A stretch of DNA of 64,000 nucleotides from Eledone cirrhosa (GCA_964016885.1 OZ024751.1:28582001-28646000); one strand, 5' to 3'. Positions 24,575-35,163 are shown, numbered from the stretch's first letter. Program-made: numbers and translations. The notes: generated by a model not told the origin, from the letters alone.

Positions 24575-25869
24575 CAGGGTGTGGACGATATTTGTTCGCA
24601 ATTTTCAACTGCTAATTTTATGCAAATTTTTTTTACTTCCGTTGTCACTCTTGTCTTCATAAAAACAGTGACTATATTTCCATTATTTATTTTCAGAATA
24701 ATTGATTATGAATAATTTTGAACCTCCAAATTTGTGGAAGAGACACGGAGTTCTTCTTGGAATCCGCGCCAGGAGGACAAATAAGGAAATTTCAGACTTT
24801 CTCAGCATCAGCAGGAGAATGGTGGAAAAGGTCAGAAAGGAATTGGAAGATTCAGGATTCGACTACGAAGCAACATCAGAGAGGAAAACACATGATCGAC
24901 GATCTGACGCCTTCAGAACGCCCGAGTTCATCTCTGAAGTTCAGGATATCATCAACAATGAACCTAGCAAGTCAATGCGTGCCATTGCAAGGGAGAAAAG
25001 CGTGGATGAAAAGCTCATTAGGCTGGTGGTACATGAAGACATTCGCTACGTTTCATACAAGATGAGGAAAGGACAATTTCTGTCAAAGGCGAGTGCAAGA
25101 AAAGCGACTGAACCACACAAAGGAGCTGATCAACAAGTTGAAACACCCACTGGAGCCAGACATGCTGTGGTTTTTCTCCGACAAGAAAAATTTCTGCCAA
25201 GACCAGAAGATCAACTCCCAGAACAACAGGTGATTCGCTGTCTCATCCAAAGACGTGCCCAGAATCATGCAGACAAAGTTTCCAGCGACAACATTGGTCT
25301 TAGGTGTTGTCAGCAGTCAAGGTGACGTCATGCCACCTCCCTTCTTCCCTGAGGGCCTTAAGCTGAACACCGATGGCTACGTTCTGAGCGAGGTAGTAAA
25401 GCCCTGGATCGACCAGGTAGCTACAGGTAGGCCGTACGTGTGGCAGGAAGACTCAGCGCCCTGCCATACCAGCCGAAAAACCCAAGCCTGGCTGTCAGAG
25501 AACTTCGTCGACCACACTTCACCTGACATCTGGCCTCCCAGCTCGCCTGACTGCAAGCCCCTCGACTTCTTTGTGTGGGGCGCAGTGGAACGAGACACCA
25601 ACAGATCTAGCTGCAATATGAAAGACGATCTGAAGGCCAGGATCACAAGTGCCTTTAGAGGCCTAAGTTGGGGGACAGAAGGCCTGTAGCCGGTTCAGAG
25701 GCCGCCTTGAGGCCGTCATCAAAGCCAATGGCGGGTTTATCAAGTGAGATCAAAAGAACAAGTCATGAAGACAAATTGACCCAAGTTTGATAAATATATC
25801 CTAAAAAATAAAACTACTGTGTTATTTTCCTAGACAGTTTTCTTGCGAACAAATATCGTCCGCACCCTG
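24575..25869 (+). mobile_element. Full-length Tc1/mariner-superfamily DNA transposon, DD37D (maT-type)
   Basis: 27-bp TIRs CAGGGTGYGGACGATATTTGTTCGCAA with 1 mismatch, TA on both flanks, 1295 bp long, transposase inside. Confidence 0.92.
24708..25747 (+). pseudogene. Disrupted DD37D transposase
   Basis: HTH-like N-terminus, WFFSDKKNF, WQEDSAPCHTS and WPPSSPDCKPLDF, with 37 residues between the 2nd and 3rd Asp. Frameshift near 25090, in-frame TGA at 25231-25233, and a further lesion near 25675. Confidence 0.88.
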
Positions 25870-26010
25870 TATATATATATATATATATATGACCATACGT
25901 AAGAGGGATACAGATGCCTCAGCCTGTCTGAGAGGTTAGTAGCCCCACTTTAGTACTGACATGGTATATGTAGAAAGTGTGAAAGCCGACATTAAATGAT
26001 GATATATATA

Positions 26011-26055
26011 CAGGTAAAATTCCGTTATAAAATGTGTTATAACGGAATTTCACTG
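26011..26055. mobile_element. Minimal hairpin remnant of a TA-targeting DNA transposon
   Basis: TA-CAGGTAAAATTCCGTTATAA-aatgtg-TTATAACGGAATTTCACTG-TA. Confidence 0.5.
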
Positions 26056-27049
26056 TATGTATATATATATATATATGTGTGATGTAAGTATACATAGATA
26101 GATAGATATATGAGTTAACTGAGCTAATGAACATCTTGTCTTCTATTTACACTAATAAAATGAGGTTCTTCTCTTGAAGTGAACAGTGTGAAGAAGACAT
26201 CAGTGGTAGTGGCTGTGGCTGTGGTGGAGGTGATGGTGGTATGATGGTGTTTGGCAAGCAGATAAGCAGCTGTCTCCCGAGCTGATTAAGCTCAGCAATC
26301 TGCAGAACGGCGCTGCAGAAGAAGCAGAATGTCTCGTCATCAGGAAGAGGAACAGAATTAAAACAACAATGAATTGTGTGCATGGAGAATGAAGACGATC
26401 TCATACAACATAATAGAATATAATATAATACGTTCACTTCTCAATGGGAGAATCAATTGCCAAGCAGGCATGATACACCACCACCAGGCAGGTCTTAGAG
26501 AGAGAGAGAGAGAGGCAGACAGTGAGAGAGGGAGAGAGAGAGAGAGCTGACGAGGAGGAGAATGGTAGGGAGAGAGAGACAAAGAGAGAGAGAGAGATGA
26601 GGATGTTGAGGAGGAGAATGGTTTATTTAATTAGCTCGGTCATTTCAAGTCTCGTTCTGTCTTATGAAGGAGCTACTATTTCTAGAAGAAACCCTACAAG
26701 CCATTTTGTGTATTCTTTAATCAGAGAAAAGCAAAAGACACAAGAAATGGTAAACAACAGAACTGGTTGTTGTTCTAATTTACGAAAAATAATTCAGTTT
26801 GGAAATATGGACAAAAATAAAACGAAACAAAGAAACTAAAGAAACAAAAAACACTGAGAAAAGCAAAAGAAATATCAAGAGTTAGAGGTCAATTGAATTT
26901 GATTCAAAGGCAGGCCTCTAATTCTTCATTATGTACTATAATGAAACTAAATTAATAAGAAAAAGATTTAAGAATATATATATATATGTATGTGTGTGTT
27001 TTTCATCAGCTTTTTTTTATTTTTAAATCTTTGTTTTCTTATTAATATA

Positions 27050-27378
27050 TGGCTTAGTGGTTAGAGCATTGGCCTTGCAATCGAAAGGTTGTGAGTTCAA
27101 TTCTCAGACCGGGTGATGTGTTGTTTCCTTGAGCAAGGCAATTTATTTCACATTGCTCCAGTTTACTTAGCTGTAGAAATGAGATGATAGGGACTGGGGT
27201 CCATATCATTCCACTGCAAAGTGGTCGTGGAGGTGCCATGGCAAAAAAGCACCCAGCACTCACTGTAAATGAGGTTGGTGTTAGGAAGGGCATCCAGCTG
27301 TAGAAATCAAGCCAGAATCAGTTCCCGTCCCACCCTTGCAAGCAGGGAAAAGCGGACGTAAAATGAAATGAAATGAAT
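27050..27378 (+). mobile_element. tRNA-derived CORE-like SINE with RTE-derived tail (tail type 2)
   Basis: A/B boxes and CORE-like body, then CCACTGCAAAGTGG..AGCACTCACTGTAAATGAGGTTGGTGTTAGGAAGGGCATCC..AATCAAGCCAGAATCAGTTCC, which matches the RTE 3'UTR at about 4838-5000. Confidence 0.85.
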
Positions 27379-27472
27379 GAATGAATATATACACAAATAT
27401 ATATATATATATACACATATATATATATATATATACACACACAAACATATATATATATATATATATATACAC

Positions 27473-27528
<56 letters not shown>

Positions 27529-27636
27529 TCACATACATACATATATATATACTCACATACATACATATATATATATACACATACATATATATATATATAT
27601 ATACACATACATACATATATATATATAAATATATAT

Positions 27637-27677
<41 letters not shown>

Positions 27678-27686
27678 CATACATAT

Positions 27687-27740
<54 letters not shown>

Positions 27741-27827
27741 TGAAGTAAAGGTTAAGTGGAAATATCCAAGAGTAAGAGCACTCAGTCCAGAGGACGAGTT
27801 TAGTATAAATAATTACAACAGTGATAT

Positions 27828-27881
27828 AAACAGGTACTCAAGTTTCGTTGGGTTCTGGGCCCTAATTCATTCAGCTTGTTC
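27828..27881 (-). ncRNA. Hammerhead ribozyme variant (CUGAAUGA core), family B
   Basis: Minus strand AACAAG CUGAAUGA AUUAGGGC-CCAG-AACCCAAC GAAAC UUGA GUA^CCUGUU. Homologous to 39671-39728. Confidence 0.55.
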
Positions 27882-28468
27882 CATTCCCGCATCAAATGGA
27901 ACAAAACCGTCTAACCCATTCCAGCATGGAAGATGGACGTTAAACGATGATGATGATATATATATATATATATGTACATATACTTACACACATATATATA
28001 ATATATATAATTAGAGACATCAAATTTTAAGAAAAGCCAACTCTTCTTCTATGAAAAGCCAACTCTTCTCCTCATAATGCTGTGTTTACTAGATTTTAAT
28101 TTTATAAGTTAGCCAACTAAAGAGAATAGAAAATTAATCAGGACTTGTTAAAAATGGAAAAATGGTGGTAGGAAAAAAATGGGAGGGATTTTGAAAGATC
28201 ATACCTTAAAAAAAAAAATAATAATATGAAAGGAAAATTTAGATAGCAATGTTATTATTATTGTTTGTTTTTGTAATCTTTTTTTTTTTTATATTTTCTC
28301 TTCAGATGAATTTACAGAAATTCCAGGGAAGAAAATTCGTCTTAGAAGGATAAGATAGACTTGAGGATTTAAAATTAAAATATAAAAAAATGCAAACAAA
28401 CAAGAACAAAAACAAACAAAGAAGAGGACAATGACAAATAAAGTATCTATTCATAATAATAATAATAA

Positions 28469-28510
<42 letters not shown>

Positions 28511-28771
28511 TTTCTTTATTAACCACAAGGGTTTACATAAAGTAGACATTAAGGACAGTGCAGGACAATGCAGGACGGTACAAATGGGCATTTCTGCGTG
28601 TAAAAAAAACAAAAATAGAGGATGTAACAAAAATAACAATGAAAATAACAATGAAAAATTCCCCAATAGGGGGGAGACTTCGGAGGAACATTTGTGGAGA
28701 AAGCCCAGTAAAAAGCCACAATGACCCTGACCACCAAGGCAAGTGCCCTCTCCCAGTTTTCCACCTTTAGT

Positions 28772-31700
28772 TTACAGATATATACTCAGAGTCGGCCCAT
28801 TCACTCGGGCCATTCTTGCTTCTCTCACCCATCTTTCAACAAAATGCTGGGAAGAGAGCACTTCCTTCTCTACTCTGATTTTCCTTTTCAAATGAAATTT
28901 GAAAAAGTCAATCAGAGCATCACCGAAGAGGTAAGTGCTCGTCTTCAGCCCTTTCAAACGTGTCCACCATACTATCTCTTTCGCCATGGCCACCAGACAG
29001 ATAAAAACTGCCTGCCCTTCCCGGCTAAAGGAGGAGGGCGGGGCAATCCTCACGATAGACTCAGATGATAGCTGGATCCGTCCTAAACGCGACAGCAGGT
29101 GTTCGACATAAACCCACAAGTCAGCAATTTTCGGACACTGGACGAGTGCGTGCAGGACGGTTTCGTCGCCCTGCGCGCATCTCGGACATGCCCGGCTGAC
29201 GGCACCTCCATGCCTGTAGAGTTTATCCCGAACTGGCAAGGCTCCTCGGTAGCACTGCCAGGCCAGAGATTTCTGGAAGTTGTCCATAGGCCCTGGCCCG
29301 AAGGTTCTTCCGAAGAGATTGGCTAGTTGATTTTCGTCGACGCCTAGAGTTTCCCCAAGTACGTCGTCGCTCTTCCCCTCCACTAATCCTCTATAGAACG
29401 CCGAGGTGGAGTTTCCACCGATCACATTGCCCGATTGGTCGAGGGCTGTGAGCGCCTGAAGACATTCCAGTCTCCAGGCGCTCCCTCTCGGTCTTCGCTT
29501 GACCCAGGACTGCAGCTCCGTCAAGGAAACGAGCTGGGGAAAAACGCGTCTAGCAAACGGCGACCACACCTGATCACCGTCGAGGAAGAGGTGGAGATGT
29601 CGTAGCCTGAGCGCGTGCCTGCGCATCATCAGCCACGGCATGCCCAGCCCTCCACGTAGCGGGTGTTGACAACAGATGGACCGCCTGACCATCGGAGCAC
29701 GTCCCTTCCACAAAAAGCGAAAGAGCAAACGCTCCAGCGCAGTCAGGCGAGGCTTAGGACAAGGTACGACGGTTAGGCGGTAGCAGATGACAGACGCGAT
29801 GTACGCGTTAGCCACCTCCGCTCGACCTTTCAGGGATAGCTTCCTCTCCGCCCATTTCTGGGTGAGAGAAGCCACCCTGCTCGTCACCTCGTCCCAGTTT
29901 TTGTCCGTCTGGAGGTCCGGACCGAACCAGACCCCTAGCAATTTAACCGGTCCGTCCGTCCAGCGCCCGACGACGCTGTTGGACGGCATGGACCTGCCTC
30001 TCCAGGTGCCGAGCTGCAGGCCCACTGACTTTTCCTGGTTGATCATTGCTCCTGTCACCGCTTCGTATTCTCTTAGTGTAGTGCCGATCGCCTCGATGTG
30101 TTTGGCGTTCGACACCACTACGGTGACATCGTCCGCATATGCTGACACGGATCTTCCGCATCCTAGTTCGCGCGGGACTCCCCTCAACGTCTCCAGTTTG
30201 TGCAGTAATGGCTCGAGAGTCAATACGTACAAGAGGGACGAGAGGGGACATCCTTGGCGGACCGAGCGCATGATGTTGAACGGTTCCGACAGGTGACCGT
30301 TCACTCTCACCACAGAGCAGATGTCGCTGTGCATGGCAGCGATCCAGCCTCTGAAGACGGGCCCAAAGCCAGCCGCCCTCAGGACTGCCGCTAGGTAACG
30401 ATGGTCGACCCTATCGAAAGCTTTCGACTGATCTAAATTGATCAAGGACCCACCCGTGCCAGGTTCCCTAGCTACCTTCTCTACGATGTATCGCATGAGG
30501 TGGAGGTTGTCGTGGATGGATCTGTCGGGAATGGCGCATGTCTGCGCCTCTCCCACCAGACCACCAACGACAAGCGCCAACCTCTTTGCTAGCACCTTGG
30601 CCAAAATCTTAAACTCTGTGTTTAGCAGAGTTATGGGCCGGAAATTGTCTATGTTATCCCCCTTGTTCGGATCCTTTCTCAGCAGTGCCACCGCTCCTCG
30701 GCTCACAGAACTGGGAATTCTCCCGTTCTGTTGCCAGTTGCAGTAGACGTCCGCCAAGAGGCCTCCGAACAAGTCTGGCATCTGTACGTAAAGTTCATAG
30801 GGCAGACCATCCAAACCAGGCGATTTACCCCTTGTGCAGCCAGTCATTGCCTCCCTTACTTCAGCGGCTGTTATCGGCTTTTCGCAACACTTCGCCTCAG
30901 TGGCCGAGAGCCGCGGCAGTCCGTCGAGGTAGACACTAAAGTCCATCCCTCTACCCGGCCCCCCGCTGCCCCCGAACAGCTGAGCGAAGTGTCGCTGAAA
31001 AGCTTCACACATTTGCCCGGGATCGAGTAGCATGCGCCCGTCGTGGTCCACCAAAGACCGGATCGTGGCTTTGTTGCCACGACGCGCCTCCGCCACTCGG
31101 GCCCATTGAACGGCTTTCGTCCCCTCGTGTCTGAGAGCACGCACCCTAGCTCTGACAACGCAGCCTTCGTGCTTTGCATTGAAGAATTGGTCAAGGGCCA
31201 ATTTCGCCGCAAGCACGTCGGTCGCAATGCCTTTGCTAAGCGCCTCGTCTAATTTTCTAACTAGTTCTCCCTCTGCTCTATTTTTCTCTATTGCTAAAGC
31301 CTTACTAAACCTAATCGATTCTATTCTAATCGCTCTTTTCAGAGCAAACCACCACTTGTTGTTGACGATGGCCCCCGTCAACGCCCGCTTAACTAGTTCG
31401 CTAATCCGGTCTCTGTAGGCCTTGCGCGCTGGTAAGGACGCGTTTAGCTTCCAGTAGCCGGGTCCTCGTCTATGAAGCCTATCTAAGTCAAGCACACAGA
31501 TCACGAATTTGTGGTCCGTGTAGCTGACTATCTTGAATTGTGGACAGCCTATGCTAGACCTATCTATTTCCCTACAAAATACTCTATCTAGATATGATCT
31601 GGATGACCCTATGCGGTTTGTCCAAGTCCACATTGGCACATTCGGGAAATCCAATCGGTACCTGTCAGACAGTTCAAAACGCCTGAGCAGGTTGGTGAGG

Positions 31701-32191
31701 CTCTTGCACCCTCCACCCCTATCCGCTAATCCCACACAGTCCCAGCGTGCATCTAAGATCCCGTTCCAGTCGCCCACTAACACTAAAGAGCGCGACGTTC
31801 CAAGAAAGGTCTCCAGACGCCGGAAGAAATCAGGCCGCCCTGCTCCTGTCGGGGCATAGACGGCCACTAGCCTGAAAGCTTGCCCGTCTCCGCTGGTCAC
31901 GTCCAGCACCACCAGCTTACCCTCTGGGTCCAGGAAGATGGCCCGTATGGCGAGATCCAAACCTCTCCGAAAAAGCACAGCAACTCCTCCACCGGATCCA
32001 GGACGGCTGGGAGATGCGTACACATCGTAGCCGCCGAAGATCGGTGCGAAGGCCCGTGCTTCGGAGATTCTGGTCTCGCTGATGGCCACTACATCTATGT
32101 TTAGTGACCTGAGGTCGTTGAGCAGGTGACCCTGCTTCCATGACGACCCCAAGCCACGCGCATTTATGCTGCCTATTCTGAGTGAGGTCAT
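28772..32191 (-). CDS. ORF2 polyprotein: AP endonuclease + reverse transcriptase + C-terminal Zn finger (1139 aa)
   Basis: APE motifs SINARGL, ISET, VYAP, GDWN, SYLD and TDH. RT motifs KSPGLDGL, NFRPITLLN, LDQSKAFDRV, RQGCPLS and AYADD. C-terminal CPRC..ETVLHALVQC. Confidence 0.97.
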   Translation of the reverse strand: MTSLRIGSINARGLGSSWKQGHLLNDLRSLNIDVVAISETRISEARAFAPIFGGYDVYASPSRPGSGGGVAVLFRRGLDLAIRAIFLDPEGKLVVLDVTSGDGQAFRLVAVYAPTGAGRPDFFRRLETFLGTSRSLVLVGDWNGILDARWDCVGLADRGGGCKSLTNLLRRFELSDRYRLDFPNVPMWTWTNRIGSSRSYLDRVFCREIDRSSIGCPQFKIVSYTDHKFVICVLDLDRLHRRGPGYWKLNASLPARKAYRDRISELVKRALTGAIVNNKWWFALKRAIRIESIRFSKALAIEKNRAEGELVRKLDEALSKGIATDVLAAKLALDQFFNAKHEGCVVRARVRALRHEGTKAVQWARVAEARRGNKATIRSLVDHDGRMLLDPGQMCEAFQRHFAQLFGGSGGPGRGMDFSVYLDGLPRLSATEAKCCEKPITAAEVREAMTGCTRGKSPGLDGLPYELYVQMPDLFGGLLADVYCNWQQNGRIPSSVSRGAVALLRKDPNKGDNIDNFRPITLLNTEFKILAKVLAKRLALVVGGLVGEAQTCAIPDRSIHDNLHLMRYIVEKVAREPGTGGSLINLDQSKAFDRVDHRYLAAVLRAAGFGPVFRGWIAAMHSDICSVVRVNGHLSEPFNIMRSVRQGCPLSSLLYVLTLEPLLHKLETLRGVPRELGCGRSVSAYADDVTVVVSNAKHIEAIGTTLREYEAVTGAMINQEKSVGLQLGTWRGRSMPSNSVVGRWTDGPVKLLGVWFGPDLQTDKNWDEVTSRVASLTQKWAERKLSLKGRAEVANAYIASVICYRLTVVPCPKPRLTALERLLFRFLWKGRAPMVRRSICCQHPLRGGLGMPWLMMRRHALRLRHLHLFLDGDQVWSPFARRVFPQLVSLTELQSWVKRRPRGSAWRLECLQALTALDQSGNVIGGNSTSAFYRGLVEGKSDDVLGETLGVDENQLANLFGRTFGPGPMDNFQKSLAWQCYRGALPVRDKLYRHGGAVSRACPRCAQGDETVLHALVQCPKIADLWVYVEHLLSRLGRIQLSSESIVRIAPPSSFSREGQAVFICLVAMAKEIVWWTRLKGLKTSTYLFGDALIDFFKFHLKRKIRVEKEVLSSQHFVERWVREARMARVNGPTLSIYL

Positions 32192-32226
32192 GTTTAAAAT
32201 AGAGTGGAAAAGATGGGAAAGACCAC

Positions 32227-34233
32227 TTACCGTATTTTTGGTAGAGGAGGGATGGTTTTTACATCCCTTTTCACTTGATCGTCTGGTGAAGGGACCGTTG
32301 AATCGTCCCTTCGGCTGGTCGTCGGCTCTTCTAAGAGAATGTCTGAATATACTCTTCGATTAATGGTTCCTCCTAGGTCCCTGAAATCACCAACTGCGTT
32401 GGGGAATTTCGTTTTAATGTTTGTGTATTGTTTCTGTGCTATTTTTAGCAGTCTTATGTTAGTTGGCGTTTTGATTGGTGCTGGTATTATGTAGTCCTGT
32501 TGTGAAATGTCTGTGTGTTCAATTATGTAAGTCATTAGTTTCTTGTTGTGTGTGTTTATTGCCGTGCATTTGTTTTTCTGGGGGTGGGGTGTGGTTCTGC
32601 TATTTTCTTGTCGTTGTTGCTGGGTGTGTGTGTTTTGTTGTTGTGTTTGCGATGTTGGTGCTTGTGGTGTTGAAGGTGTTGTTGGCGGTGGGGTTGTCGC
32701 CGGTGGTGATGGTGGTGCTGGTGTGGGTGGTGATGGTGTTGGTGGTGTTGCTGCTGTGGGTCTCTTTGCAGTAGACTTTACCCTTTTCTCATTTCTTTCC
32801 TCCCTTTTCAAAGGCGACGATGCGCTGCTTCTGCGTTTGTGCCTTCTTGAGACCTTTTGCCATCCCTCTCCCACCTCACACTCCATGTCTGATTCTGTAA
32901 GGTCGGGGAGGGGTACCAGCTCCACTCTTTCACTTGTTGTTGTTGGTGATGTTTGCACTGGAGTCTCTGTTGCAGCTGCATTTGGTATTGCTGTTGTTGT
33001 TGTTAATATTTCCACTGCTGCTGCTGTCTTTGATTTCCGTGGAGTGGGTATGGGTGCCACGGACCTATCGTTCCTGGTTGCCGCTTGTCCTGTTGCTGGT
33101 AGCCGTGGAACCGGATTCGGGAGGAGGGGGGTTTTCTCCTTTCTCAGGGTCTTCTCGTTGCAGAAGGCCCTGAGGTGAGTCTTCGATCCACAGCGAAAGC
33201 ATTTCGGGCGTTTGCCCTCAACACTTATGGGCAGTTGAGTGCCGTTATCGAAGTCTATCACATCCGGGATAGCTTCGATGCACTCCTGGTTGGTTTGGAT
33301 TAGCATCTCAATGGAGGAGCCGACCCAATCTTCTCTTACTTTTTTCTGTACTTGCAGTACAGTTGTTTTGTCCTCGATTCCGACGAGGACAGACGCGGCC
33401 AGCCAAGAAGGGGTCATTCCGGGGGGGACGTGGGTCAGTTTGACCCTCACAATTTTTTGCCCGCAGTAGGAGGGCACCAACACCATTTCCTCGCTCCTTA
33501 GGGTCACTACTGATTGGGCCTTTGCCTCCTGGGGTGTGGCAAAAAGTACGTCTACGGTGGCGTATTTTTTGCCTCGGGTGATGTGCGTTTTCCTCTGCCA
33601 CACAGACCCCAAGGCTTTTTGTATTTGGGCCTCTGTGGCTCTTTCCACCCTACGGGATTTTGTACTTACTGTACGGTACGTGACCGTACAGTGCTCTTGG
33701 GTTTCGAAAAAATTTTTCGCTGCCTTGCAGATTGCTCGGTGTCCGTTCTTTGTCACCATCTTCTTCGCTTCCTCTAATTCCTCATTTGTTATGAGGATTG
33801 TTTCCAGGTTTTTCGCAATACCTGCAAATGAGATTGGTTTTTCTCTGCTGTTGTTGTTGTCGTCAGAGCTGCTGGTACTTTTGTTGTTGCTGCAGGTACT
33901 ACGACTACTGCCTCCGCCGCTGTTGCTGTGGTTGTTGTTGGTGTTGCTGCTGCTAATGCTGTTGTTGTTTATGCTGCTGGTGATGCTGTTGCGGCTGCTA
34001 CTGTTGTTTTCATTGTCACTGTTGCTGTTGTTATTACGGCTGCTACTGCTATTATTCCTGACGTCAGACGAATGAACTGGGTTTTCGTATTTCCCGCACA
34101 CCTGTTTCGTCGCTGTCGTCGTCGTCGTGGAGAAACCTTGCACGCTTTGCACGAGACTTTTCTTTTCTTTCGTCACTTGCGAAAGAGAAGGGAGGGAGAG
34201 AGACACATTTAAAGAAGGGAGGGAGAGAGACAA
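32227..34233 (-). CDS. ORF1 gag-like nucleic-acid-binding protein
   Basis: CX2CX4HX4C knuckle CFRCGSKTHLRAFC, GWQKVSRRHKRR motif and a Pro/Thr-rich C-terminus. The frame is open from 34233, but the first in-frame ATG is at 33759, so the start is uncertain. Confidence 0.85.
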   Translation of the reverse strand: MSLSLPSLNVSLSLPSLSQVTKEKKSLVQSVQGFSTTTTTATKQVCGKYENPVHSSDVRNNSSSSRNNNSNSDNENNSSSRNSITSSINNNSISSSNTNNNHSNSGGGSSRSTCSNNKSTSSSDDNNNSREKPISFAGIAKNLETILITNEELEEAKKMVTKNGHRAICKAAKNFFETQEHCTVTYRTVSTKSRRVERATEAQIQKALGSVWQRKTHITRGKKYATVDVLFATPQEAKAQSVVTLRSEEMVLVPSYCGQKIVRVKLTHVPPGMTPSWLAASVLVGIEDKTTVLQVQKKVREDWVGSSIEMLIQTNQECIEAIPDVIDFDNGTQLPISVEGKRPKCFRCGSKTHLRAFCNEKTLRKEKTPLLPNPVPRLPATGQAATRNDRSVAPIPTPRKSKTAAAVEILTTTTAIPNAAATETPVQTSPTTTSERVELVPLPDLTESDMECEVGEGWQKVSRRHKRRSSASSPLKREERNEKRVKSTAKRPTAATPPTPSPPTPAPPSPPATTPPPTTPSTPQAPTSQTQQQNTHTQQQRQENSRTTPHPQKNKCTAINTHNKKLMTYIIEHTDISQQDYIIPAPIKTPTNIRLLKIAQKQYTNIKTKFPNAVGDFRDLGGTINRRVYSDILLEEPTTSRRDDSTVPSPDDQVKRDVKTIPPLPKIR

Positions 34234-34550
34234 TCTTCTCTCTGCTGTAGTGATGATTGAGGAAGAAGAAGACGGAATGAGTGGGAGTGACGTATGAAAT
34301 TTTTTTTTTTGGTAGCCATGTTTTTTTGTTTAAAATGAAATTTTGGGTACAAAACCCCAATAACTGGTTATTTAACCCCGAAGGGCCAAATAACGGACAG
34401 AAAGACCCCTCTCACGAGGAGGAGGGTGTCTTTATCAACAATTTGGTTCAAGTTTTAAGCAATTTACAATTGTTTTAACGGTTAAAAATTACTATACCTT
34501 ACAGAGCCGAGCCTCCGTCAACCATGGCATTCAATAATAATAATAATAAT

Positions 34551-35055
34551 GCTTTCTTTATTAACCACAAGGGTTTACACAAAGTAGACATTAAGGACAG
34601 TACAGGACAGTACAAAAGGGCATTTCTGCGTGTAAAAAAAACAAGAAACAGAGGATGTAATAATAGAGCAATGAAAAAATTCCCCAATAGGGGGGAGACT
34701 TCTGAGGGACATTCGTGGAGAAAGCCCATTAAAAAGCCACAGTGACCCTGACCACCAGGGCAAGTGCCCTCTCCTAGTTTTCCACCTTTAATTTACAGAC
34801 ACATACTCAGAGAAGGCCCATTCACTCGGGCCATACTTGCCTCTCTCACCCATCTTTCAACAAAATGTTGGGAAGAGAGCACTTCCCTCTCTACCCTGAT
34901 TTTCCTTTTCAAATGAAATTTGAAAAAGTTAATCAGGGCATCACCAAAGAGGTAAGTGCTCGTCTTCAGCCCTTTCAAACAAGTCCACCATACTATCTCT
35001 TTCGTCATGGCCTTCCCGGCTAAAGGAAGAGGGCGGGCAATCCTCACGATGGACT
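34551..35055 (-). mobile_element. 5'-truncated copy of the same Tx1-like family, directly upstream of the full-length copy
   Basis: Highly similar to 28509-29060 with short internal deletions. Its (ATT)n tail abuts the 5' end of the full-length element. Confidence 0.92.
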
Positions 35056-35131
35056 AATGATGATTGTAACAATAATATATGATAATAATTATTATAAAGA
35101 TGATGATGATGACAATGATGATTACGACAAC

Positions 35132-35162
<31 letters not shown>

Positions 35163-35163
<1 letters not shown>

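Larger units (their letters stand above)
28509..34532 (-). mobile_element. Full-length, apparently intact Tx1-like (L1-group) non-LTR retrotransposon, (ATT)n-associated
   Basis: About 300-nt 5'UTR, ORF1, 35-nt spacer, uninterrupted ORF2, and about 260-nt 3'UTR ending CCTTGTGGTTAATAAAGAAATC(ATT)n. (AAT)n on both sides on the plus strand. Confidence 0.93.

Noticed and set aside
29099-34212. Antisense and alternative-frame ORFs overlapping Tx1 ORF1 and ORF2 (e.g. 32543-33178, 29787-30296)
   Set aside because: Expected shadows of GC-rich or low-complexity coding sequence, with no recognisable motifs.
34440-34532. HDV-like ribozyme at the Tx1 5' end
   Set aside because: I could not build the nested double-pseudoknot pairing by eye.
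28509-35055. LTR retrotransposon interpretation based on about 500-bp direct repeats
   Set aside because: The repeats are the element's own ORF2 end and 3'UTR with an ATT tail. There is no TG..CA, PBS, integrase or protease, and ORF2 is APE-RT (non-LTR).
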